From positions 1,799 to 65,798 of the forward strand of contig CAIYOD010000013.1 of assembly GCA_903927755.1 (NCBI GenBank): DNA of 64,000 nt, in the 5' to 3' direction. Each line of letters begins with the position of its first letter. Positions within the stretch are counted from its first letter, which is position 1. The notes below the pieces were generated by a model that saw nothing but the letters and a program-made list of their open reading frames with translations, made no database searches and was not told the origin of the DNA. A program made the position numbers and the translations under genes. The stretch is from an uncultured Thermoleophilia bacterium. Lineage in GTDB: Bacteria; Actinomycetota; Thermoleophilia; UBA2241. Positions 10,688 through 18,022 of this stretch are shown in pieces.

Positions 10688-11299
10688 ATGACTCCCGACC
10701 CTTGCAGAGGCAGCACGGGCGTGCCGCCTGTCCGCGGCCCGGCGGGTTCGCGCATCCTCGTGCTCACGGGGCCTTCCCGCGCCGGCAAGACGACCGTCTG
10801 CCGGCGGGTGGTCGCCGAGGCACGTTCGCGAGGTCTCAGCGTCGCCGGCGTTCTCACTGAGGACGGGACGACGAGCGACGGCGCCCGGCTGCAGTACGTG
10901 CTGGACCTGCGGACTGGGCGGCGCCGGCTGCTGGCGGTCGCGCGACCCGGCGGCTCTTCCTCACCGTCTGGTGTCCCCGACTTCGGGTGGTCGTTCGACG
11001 AGGAGGGGATGGCCTTCGGGCGGCTCGTGCTCGAGGCCTGCGCCGGCAGTGGCTGCGACTGCGACGTACTCGTGATCGATCAGCTCGGCCCGCTGGAGGT
11101 GCTGGAGGGGCGCGGCTGGACGGTGGCGTTCGACCTGATCGGCCGTGGCGGCTATGGCCTTGCCCTCGCAGTCGTCAACCCCCGGGTCCTCGATGAGGTC
11201 CGGTCCCGACTCGGCGACTGCGAGACGATCGTCGTCACCAGCGGCGACCGGGACGACCTGCCCGCGATCATCTGCTCTGCTCATCTCCCGGCCGGATAG
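10688..11299 (+). CDS. P-loop NTPase, NTPase_1 (THEP1)/DUF2478-like
   Basis: LTGPSRAGKTT, AGVLT, LDLRTG, VLVIDQLGPLE..G.G. Confidence 0.8.
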   Translation: MTPDPCRGSTGVPPVRGPAGSRILVLTGPSRAGKTTVCRRVVAEARSRGLSVAGVLTEDGTTSDGARLQYVLDLRTGRRRLLAVARPGGSSSPSGVPDFGWSFDEEGMAFGRLVLEACAGSGCDCDVLVIDQLGPLEVLEGRGWTVAFDLIGRGGYGLALAVVNPRVLDEVRSRLGDCETIVVTSGDRDDLPAIICSAHLPAG

Positions 11300-11341
11300 C
11301 CTGCCTGCCGGGAAGGCCGTATCACGTTGGGTGCACCACGA

Positions 11342-13060
11342 TCACGCAGGTCGCGCGGCTTCCCGTTGGCCGTCATCGGTCTGGCGGGTATTTTCCTGGA
11401 CCTCGCGCACGAGGATCGGGATGAACAGGTCTTCGGAGCGGAAGTCGCCGTGTTCGCCCGTGACCGCGCCGGTGGCCGCGTCCTCGGCCGCGTGCTGGCC
11501 GTGGTCGGCCACGACGATCACGCGGCCCTGCCAGCTCTCGAGCAACTCTCCGACCATTGAGTCCTGCTTCGCGATCACACGCCGCGCGGCCTCGGAGTGA
11601 GGCCCCGAGGCGTGGGCGGTGTCGTCGATCCCGTGGAGGTGGATCAGCATGAAGTCCGGCTGCCCCTGGGCGAGCCGGTCCTTCGCCGCGGCGAGAACCT
11701 CGTCGTCGGTCAGGCCGTCGCCGTCGACATCTACGTTCAGCACGGTGCTCCGCGTGAGGGCGAGGATCTGCAGGTTGCCCTCGATGAGACTGGTGGACAG
11801 GCCCCGTTCCTCCGCCCACTCGAAGATGCTCGGGCAGTCGAGCCGGTGCCTGGACCGATCGTGCACTCCCGTGCCGCTCGGATCCTGCCCGCTGACCATT
11901 GCGGCATAGGTCACCGGTGTGATCGTCGGGTAGACGGTGAGCGCCTCGCGCGCCTCGAGCGATGCCATCTCGGGGATCAGGCCCGCCTCCGCGGCGGCGA
12001 GGTACTGATCGTAGCCGAACCCGTCGAGGTAGATCACCAGTGTCTTGCCGCCGCCGGCGAGCTCCTGCCGCGCGAGCCGGTAGGCGTCGGTGATCGTCGC
12101 CCTTGGCGGATCGACGACCACGCCGGTCACGGCTCCTCGCTCGCCGCCGTCCACGAGGAGCTCTCCTGAAGGCGTCAGCGAGCAGCCGGTAGCCGGCAGC
12201 CGCAGCAGCGAGCCGTCCGCCAGGTACACGGCGATCCGCTCCGCCGGCTCGATGCCGGCGGCGGCCAAGGTGTCCGCCAGCGACATCTGTCCTGCGCCGT
12301 CCTCGGCGCCTGCGAAGGCGTCGCCGAGGGACAGGGTGCCGTTCTCTCCCGTCACCCCCTGGACGACGGCGATGGACGCGTCCGCGGCCGGCGCGCCGGC
12401 GCTGCCGCCCGCAGCAGTCCCGGACGAACAGGCCGCGGCGCCGAGGGCGACGACCACGGTGAAGGCGGCGACCGCGAGCAGCGCCGAGCCGGTCGCCGCC
12501 CGTCCGGTCGCCACACCGATGTGGTAGCGGCGGAGCGCCTTGATCACCTGCCAGGCCAGGATGCCGCCGACGCCGCCCGAAAGCGCCGCCGTGCAGAGCG
12601 TGAGCGCCATCGGGATCGGCGGCAGGCGGAAGAAGATGAAGCTCACCATGAGGGTGCCGGTGACGTTGGCCAGGATGCCCGCGAGGAAGCAGCAGCGCAG
12701 GCAGCACGCGCGGTGGCCGGTGAGCCACAGGCCGAGGTCCAGCACGATGCCCGGCAAGGTGTAGCTGATGAGCGAGATCGCCCCGTGCGAGCCGACCACG
12801 CCGGTCAGCATCACGAGCAGCGCCTGCACGAGCGCGATGAGCGTCGCCGTCCCGCGCTTGCCGACGATCCCCATGCCGACCACCAGCCACATCATGTAGA
12901 GGCCGCCGGCCAAGGCGCCGGCAGGGATGAACAGCGGCGCCGCCACGAGGTGCGCCAGCGGCACGACCACCGGCTTGACGGCGATGCCGAGCGCCGCCAG
13001 CACGGCGATGATGACCAGGTCGCGCGTGGTGAACCCGCGCAGCGCCCGCGAGATCCTCAT
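11342..13060 (-). CDS. ECF transporter S-component fused to an alkaline-phosphatase-superfamily (NPP/phosphodiesterase-like) domain
   Basis: Start MRISRALRGFTTRDLVIIAVLAAL (YkoE-like S-component, about 6 TM); C-terminal domain with IYLDGFG, PTITP (Thr nucleophile), IDDTAH, ADHGQH, GEHG metal-ligand motifs; start overlaps the upstream stop. Confidence 0.8.
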   Translation of the reverse strand: MRISRALRGFTTRDLVIIAVLAALGIAVKPVVVPLAHLVAAPLFIPAGALAGGLYMMWLVVGMGIVGKRGTATLIALVQALLVMLTGVVGSHGAISLISYTLPGIVLDLGLWLTGHRACCLRCCFLAGILANVTGTLMVSFIFFRLPPIPMALTLCTAALSGGVGGILAWQVIKALRRYHIGVATGRAATGSALLAVAAFTVVVALGAAACSSGTAAGGSAGAPAADASIAVVQGVTGENGTLSLGDAFAGAEDGAGQMSLADTLAAAGIEPAERIAVYLADGSLLRLPATGCSLTPSGELLVDGGERGAVTGVVVDPPRATITDAYRLARQELAGGGKTLVIYLDGFGYDQYLAAAEAGLIPEMASLEAREALTVYPTITPVTYAAMVSGQDPSGTGVHDRSRHRLDCPSIFEWAEERGLSTSLIEGNLQILALTRSTVLNVDVDGDGLTDDEVLAAAKDRLAQGQPDFMLIHLHGIDDTAHASGPHSEAARRVIAKQDSMVGELLESWQGRVIVVADHGQHAAEDAATGAVTGEHGDFRSEDLFIPILVREVQENTRQTDDGQREAARPA

Positions 13061-13920
13061 CAGAGCACGGTGATGGAGATGACGCTTCTGACCCAGTACT
13101 GGCGGTTGTAGTCGCCCTCGACGGCCTGGCCCATGACGAGCCGGAACGGGTGGTCGCCCGTGGACGCGACTCCGTCCTCCGACCAGGCGATGATCATCGG
13201 CAGGGTGACGCCGGGGCGGGTCTCGTCGAGGTAGTCCGCCCCCACCTGGCGCATGGAGAAGGAGGCGCTGTAGTCGTCGGCGGCGAGGATGGCGACCCTG
13301 GAGGCGGTCTGCTTGACGCCGGCCGCCTTCAGGATGTCGGTGAGGCGGACACCGACGAAGGCGTTCGTTGCCGTGGGCTCGGGCTCCTTGCCCCGTGAGA
13401 AGTAGTCGCCCGAGACCGTGCGCAGCTTCTTGAGCTGTCTGAGCGTGAAATAGGCGGTGTCGGCCACCTTGCCCTTGACCACGAGGTGGGCGGCGGTGGG
13501 GACCGCCGACGCCGTCCGGGTCGGCTTGGGCGTCGGGGTTGGGGTACGCGTGGGCTTGCGCGTCTTCGTCGGCTTGGGCGTCGGCGTCGTGGCGGAGGCG
13601 GTGGCCCTGGCGGCCGGAGTGGAGCTGGAACGCGGCGTGGGCGTGGGAGCCGACAGAGCAACCGGCTCTGCCTGGTCGGCCGGCGCAACAGGCGTCGGCT
13701 CGGGAGTGGGTTTGGCTGCGGGAGACTCCGATGTCCCGGCCGCGGGCGTCTGCTCCACCACCGCCGCCAGCTTCTGCAGCGAAGGAGCCGGGCTCGCGGA
13801 GGCGGATGCGGCCGCCGGTTCCGCCGACTCGGGCGCCCGCCCCGCCGCCCACGCGGCGCCGGCGAACACGGCCAGCACGACGACGGCCGCGACCACCACC
13901 ACCACTCGCTCTCTCTTCAT
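13060..13920 (-). CDS. Exported Pro/Thr-linker protein with C-terminal sulfite-oxidase-fold (Oxidored_molyb-like) domain, no Cys
   Basis: Signal/TM N-terminus, PT/KPT-rich linker, then LVVKGKV..FTLRQL..FVGVRLTDILKAAG..AADDYS..IIAWSEDG..PFRLV..WVRSVISI. Confidence 0.75.
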   Translation of the reverse strand: MKRERVVVVVAAVVVLAVFAGAAWAAGRAPESAEPAAASASASPAPSLQKLAAVVEQTPAAGTSESPAAKPTPEPTPVAPADQAEPVALSAPTPTPRSSSTPAARATASATTPTPKPTKTRKPTRTPTPTPKPTRTASAVPTAAHLVVKGKVADTAYFTLRQLKKLRTVSGDYFSRGKEPEPTATNAFVGVRLTDILKAAGVKQTASRVAILAADDYSASFSMRQVGADYLDETRPGVTLPMIIAWSEDGVASTGDHPFRLVMGQAVEGDYNRQYWVRSVISITVL

Positions 13921-13959
13921 GATCCGATCCGGCGAAGCTGCCACGGCTGATGCCCTCCG

Positions 13960-15108
13960 TCAGCGGACGGTGACGCGGCAGGTCGCCGTCTTCCCAGTGC
14001 TCGTGCGCACGGTGACGGTGACCTTGCCCTCGCGGACGCCGGTGACCCTGCCGGCACGGTCGACGGTCGCGACCTTCGGGTTCGAGCTCTTCCACGAGAT
14101 CGTGCACGTGGCTCCTGAGGGGCACAGCCGCGCCGCGAGATGGGCGCTCGAACCGGCGGAGAGCGTCTTGGTCTTCGTAAGCGTGACTCGGGTGGCCTTG
14201 ACCGCCCTGGACACCACCTTGACCGTGAAGGCCACGACGTGCGTCCCGCTGGTCGCCCGGACCACTACCGTGCCGGCCTTCTTCGCCGTCACGGTGCCCG
14301 TCTGGGCGACGGTGGCGATCGCGCCGTCGGCGCTGGTCCACACGATGGCCTCGGCGGCCGGCGCGGTGGGCTCTTGGGTCGCCACCGCGCGCAGCGCGAG
14401 TCGTGACCCCTTGGCCACGTTGGCTCGCGTCTGCGAAGCCGTCGGCGACGTCACGACAAGCCCGGCCGTCCGGGGCGCGGCGATCTCGTGGCTGCCGGCG
14501 TCGAGCACGGTCATCGAGCCGGCGGTGGAGACCATTCTGGCGGGGAAGGCCGTGTTGCCGTAGTCGCCGTTGGTGCAGATGCGGACGTAGGAGGGGTCGT
14601 ACCAGAGCGTCGCCGCCGCGGGATCCTCGGCGTTGCATCCCCGCACGGGGTCCATAGCCAGCAGGTAGTTGTTGGCGGCGTCCTGGACGTCGCCGACGAA
14701 GAGCCCAGCGGCATACCCGTCCGTGGTGGAGACCCTGAGCCTCCAGTCGCCGTCCAGGGTGATGCCGGATCTCGTCTCCAGGTCGCCGAGGACGCGCCGC
14801 AGCCAGATCCCCGTCCAGTCCTGAGGAGTCTCCTTGAGGTACGACTGGGTGACAGTGGAGCCGAGTCTCCCGACGCCGCTGACGTCCGCCCACGTGTAGG
14901 CATAGGCCGCCCCCGCGAGTGACACGCTGAAGACCTGCGCCGTCGGCGCCGGCGTCGGTATGGGGGTCGATCCGCTCTTGGCGGCCGCGCCGCTCGCGCT
15001 CCCGAGCAGCGCAAGGCACGCCGCGCCGATGAACGCGGCGGCAAGGACCCCGCGCCTGGAGAGACTCCTGGTGCTCTCCCCTGCCCGTGTACCGTGCAGC
15101 CCGCCCAT
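13960..15108 (-). CDS. Tat-signal secreted protein: divergent SUOX-like domain plus two Big_2 Ig-like domains
   Basis: SRRGVL twin-arginine signal; WTGIWLRRVL..STTDGY; Big_2 motifs WTSADGAIATVAQTGTVTAKKAG and WKSSNPKVATVDRAGRVTGVREG; GGAGGAG RBS. Confidence 0.75.
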   Translation of the reverse strand: MGGLHGTRAGESTRSLSRRGVLAAAFIGAACLALLGSASGAAAKSGSTPIPTPAPTAQVFSVSLAGAAYAYTWADVSGVGRLGSTVTQSYLKETPQDWTGIWLRRVLGDLETRSGITLDGDWRLRVSTTDGYAAGLFVGDVQDAANNYLLAMDPVRGCNAEDPAAATLWYDPSYVRICTNGDYGNTAFPARMVSTAGSMTVLDAGSHEIAAPRTAGLVVTSPTASQTRANVAKGSRLALRAVATQEPTAPAAEAIVWTSADGAIATVAQTGTVTAKKAGTVVVRATSGTHVVAFTVKVVSRAVKATRVTLTKTKTLSAGSSAHLAARLCPSGATCTISWKSSNPKVATVDRAGRVTGVREGKVTVTVRTSTGKTATCRVTVR

Positions 15109-15169
15109 AGCTCCTCCAGCGACTTGTGTCCTCGCTCCGCGCACTGGTTGTCAGGACCCGTACCGGAAC

Positions 15170-15193
15170 CGTTATACTGCGTGAAACATAACG
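15170..15193. promoter_or_regulatory. ModE-type operator in the divergent promoter region
   Basis: CGTTATACTGCGTGAAACATAACG: CGTTAT-N12-ATAACG inverted repeat, 24 bp, same geometry as the ModE consensus CGNTATATA-N6-TATATANCG; AT-rich island in GC-rich DNA. Confidence 0.75.
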
Positions 15194-15244
15194 AGCGGAC
15201 GCCACCGCGGTCAAGCGGCGGCGCGCGGCAGCGAAAGGACCGGG

Positions 15245-15757
15245 GTGCGAAAGGGGACACACGTAGCGATCGTCGTCGCCGTCCTCGTGGTGCTCGGCGG
15301 GGCGGTCGTCGCCCTCGCACAGGCCAACCGCTCGGACGCGACGGTCGTGGACGGGTCGGTCGCCATCACGCGCGGAGGCTCCACGCTCACGACCCTCGAC
15401 ATGAAGCTGGTGCGGGCACTGCCGTCCGTGAGCGAGAAGAAGACCATCCAGTCGTCCGGCCATGCGGACGAGACGGCGGTGTTCACCGGCGTCCCGCTGC
15501 GCGTCCTCCTGGACGCCGTCGAGCCCGGCCTCCTGGACGGGGCGACCATGGTCGTGATTCGAGCCTCGGACGGGTACGTCTCGTCGCTCGCCGCCGAGGA
15601 GGCGACCGCCGACGGCGTCCTGCTCGTCTACGCCAAGGACGGCGAGAGCCTCGGCACCGCCGCGGACGGGGGCACCGGTCCGTTCCGCATCATCATTCTC
15701 ACAGACACGTACGGGAACCGCTGCACCAAGTGGGTCAACGAGATCGAGATCCGATGA
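15245..15757 (+). CDS. Membrane-anchored sulfite-oxidase-fold (Oxidored_molyb-like) protein
   Basis: N-terminal TM; FTGVPLRVLL..ASDGY..LVYAKDG..GPFRII..KWVNEIEI; AAAGGA RBS before GTG. Confidence 0.8.
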   Translation: MRKGTHVAIVVAVLVVLGGAVVALAQANRSDATVVDGSVAITRGGSTLTTLDMKLVRALPSVSEKKTIQSSGHADETAVFTGVPLRVLLDAVEPGLLDGATMVVIRASDGYVSSLAAEEATADGVLLVYAKDGESLGTAADGGTGPFRIIILTDTYGNRCTKWVNEIEIR

Positions 15758-16509
15758 GCGCGGCCGGCGGAGGCTCCGCCGCGCCGGCCGTACGCGTGAA
15801 CGGACTCTCGTATGCGTACGGCGTTGCCGGGTACGTGCTGCACGACGTGAGCTTCAGCGTCCCGGCCGGCGAGACGGTGGTCGTCACCGGCTCCTCCGGG
15901 TGCGGCAAGACCACCCTGTGCCACTGCCTCACCGGCCTGGCTCCCAAGGCGCTCGGGGGCGCGATGACCGGCACCGTGAGCATCCTTGGGGACGACATCG
16001 AGCCTCTCGCCGTGCCGGCCGTCTCGAAGCGGATCGGCATGGTGTTCCAGGACCCGGACAACCAGCTCGTCATGACCACGGTGGAGGACGAGCTGGCGTT
16101 CGGGCCCGAGAACCTCGCGGTCGAGCCGGAAGAGATCCGTCGGCGGGTCGACCGCGAGCTGGGGCGGTTCGGCCTCGAGCGGTTCGCCCTCCGCTCTCCG
16201 GGAGAGCTGTCCGGCGGTGAGAAGCGCCTCGTGGCCCTCGCTGCCGTGCTCACGCTCGACCCGCCGGTGCTCATCCTCGACGAGCCGTTCGCGCACCTCG
16301 ACGAGCGCGGCCGCGACCGCGTCCGCGCGGCGGTCCTCGACCTGAGCGCGTCGGGCAGGACCCTTCTGATCGTGGAGCACGACCTGGCGCTCGTGGACTT
16401 CGCCGGCCGCTACCTGGTGCTCGAGCAGGGCCGGCTGGTCGCCGACACGGCGACCCCTCCGGCCCTCCCCGCATACGCGGCGCCACCCCGCCTCGAGGTC
16501 CCCGCTTGA
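15754..16509 (+). CDS. ECF transporter ATPase (EcfA1/CbiO-like)
   Basis: GSSGCGKT, VFQDPDNQL, LSGGEK, LDEPFAHLD; ATGA overlap with the upstream gene. Confidence 0.9.
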   Translation: MSAAGGGSAAPAVRVNGLSYAYGVAGYVLHDVSFSVPAGETVVVTGSSGCGKTTLCHCLTGLAPKALGGAMTGTVSILGDDIEPLAVPAVSKRIGMVFQDPDNQLVMTTVEDELAFGPENLAVEPEEIRRRVDRELGRFGLERFALRSPGELSGGEKRLVALAAVLTLDPPVLILDEPFAHLDERGRDRVRAAVLDLSASGRTLLIVEHDLALVDFAGRYLVLEQGRLVADTATPPALPAYAAPPRLEVPA

Positions 16510-17150
16510 TCGCCGTCGAGGACGTCGGTTTCCGCTACCGCAAGGCGAGCCGGCCGGTCGTCGACGGCTTCTCGGCGGTCTTCCCCTCCGGCGCGGTGAC
16601 CGCCGTCACGGGGTCCAACGGGTGCGGCAAGACGACGCTGGTCAAGCTGCTCACAGGCATCGAGCGCCCCGGCTCCGGCCGGGTTCTCGTGGACGGCGCG
16701 GACCTGCGGCCGCTCTCGCTCGCTGAGATCGGCCGCAAGGTCGGCTGCGTCTTCCAGAACCCGGCGCGTCAGCTCTTCTGCACCTCCGTCCGTGAGGAGA
16801 TGGCCTACGGCCTCCGCGCCCAAGGTCTCGACGACGCCGAGATTGCCCGACGCACCGAGCAGCAGCTCGATTTCTTCGGCCTGCTCGGTCACCTGGACGA
16901 CTTCCCCCTGCACCTGAGCCACGGCGAGAAGCAGCGGCTCATGCTGGCCGTGGTGCTCGCCATGGACCCGGAGTATCTCCTGCTGGACGAGCCGACGACG
17001 GGACTGGACCTCCCGCGACGCCGGGCGCTCGGCGAGGAACTCCGCGCACTCGCCGGCGCCGGCCGCGGCGTCGTGGTCGTCAGCCACGAGCGCGCGTTCG
17101 TCACCGCCTACGCCGACACGGAGGTGCGCATGGGCGAGGCCTCAGTCTGA
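16506..17150 (+). CDS. ECF transporter ATPase (EcfA2-like)
   Basis: GSNGCGKT, VFQNPARQLF, LSHGEKQR, LDEPTTGLD. Confidence 0.9.
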   Translation: MIAVEDVGFRYRKASRPVVDGFSAVFPSGAVTAVTGSNGCGKTTLVKLLTGIERPGSGRVLVDGADLRPLSLAEIGRKVGCVFQNPARQLFCTSVREEMAYGLRAQGLDDAEIARRTEQQLDFFGLLGHLDDFPLHLSHGEKQRLMLAVVLAMDPEYLLLDEPTTGLDLPRRRALGEELRALAGAGRGVVVVSHERAFVTAYADTEVRMGEASV

Positions 17151-17887
17151 TGAGCCTCGCCCGCCTGGACCCGCGGCCTAAGCTGCTGTTCGTGCTCTGC
17201 GTCTCCACGCTCGCCGTGCTGTGGCGCGACCCCGCGTGGCTGGCCGCGCTCCTGGGGCTCACGATCGTCGTGCTGCTCGCCGGTGGAGTAGACCCGCGCA
17301 GCACGTGGAGCCAGGTACGCGGCGTGCTCCAGGTGGTGGCCATCCTCTTCGTGGTGCAGTGTGTCTTCGTCCGCTCCGGAGAGCCGGTCGTCTCCGTGGC
17401 CGGCTTCACCCTGGTCACCACAGGCGGCCTCACCATGGCGCTTGGCGTGACCCTGCGGCTGCTGATCGTCGTCTGCTCGGCGCTGGTGCTCCTCACCGGT
17501 CACGCGCGCGACTATTTGCTGGCGCTCGTCCAGTGCCGCGTGCCCTACGAGATCGCCTTCATGGTGATGACGGCGGTCCACTTCCTCCCGATCCTGCGCG
17601 AGGAGGCCCTGGACGTGTACCACGCCGTGCAGATGCGCGGCACGGAGGTCGCCAAGGCCGGCGTGCGCGAGAGAGTCGCTGTATATGCACACATCGCGCT
17701 GCCGGTGGTGGCCGGGGCGCTCAGGCGCGCCGAGCAGGTCTCTCTGGCGATGGAGGCGCGCGCCTTCCGCGCGCTGCCCCGGCGCACCTCGATGCGGCGG
17801 TTGACGCTGAGGGCCCGTGACGCGGCGAGTCTGGCCGCCGTCGCCGTGGCGACGGCGGCGGCGCTCGCCGCGCCGCACGTTCTTTGA
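17150..17887 (+). CDS. ECF transporter T component (EcfT/CbiQ-like)
   Basis: LDPRPKL start, AVQMRG and AMEARAF (two conserved Arg motifs). Confidence 0.9.
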   Translation: MSLARLDPRPKLLFVLCVSTLAVLWRDPAWLAALLGLTIVVLLAGGVDPRSTWSQVRGVLQVVAILFVVQCVFVRSGEPVVSVAGFTLVTTGGLTMALGVTLRLLIVVCSALVLLTGHARDYLLALVQCRVPYEIAFMVMTAVHFLPILREEALDVYHAVQMRGTEVAKAGVRERVAVYAHIALPVVAGALRRAEQVSLAMEARAFRALPRRTSMRRLTLRARDAASLAAVAVATAAALAAPHVL

Positions 17888-17944
17888 CGGCCGCACCGTG
17901 AGCACGCCCGCCGCCGTGCGGTTCTCCGATCAGCGCGAAGAAGA

Positions 17945-17982
17945 CGACGGGCGGCGAGGCTCTCCGGCCTCGCCGCCCGTCG
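17945..17982. terminator. Terminator-like hairpin between convergent ecfT and fdh
   Basis: CGACGGGCGGCGAGGC-TCTCCG-GCCTCGCCGCCCGTCG, 16-bp stem. Confidence 0.7.
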
Positions 17983-18022
17983 GGTCCGTGCGTCATCTGG
18001 CACCGCCTCGCGGTGCGCGTTT

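Noticed and set aside
13061-15463. N-terminal extension of about 800 aa in the 1373-aa ORF 11342..15463
   Set aside because: Arg/Gly/Pro-rich shadow frame overlapping two real same-strand genes; protein-like sequence starts at ATG 13060
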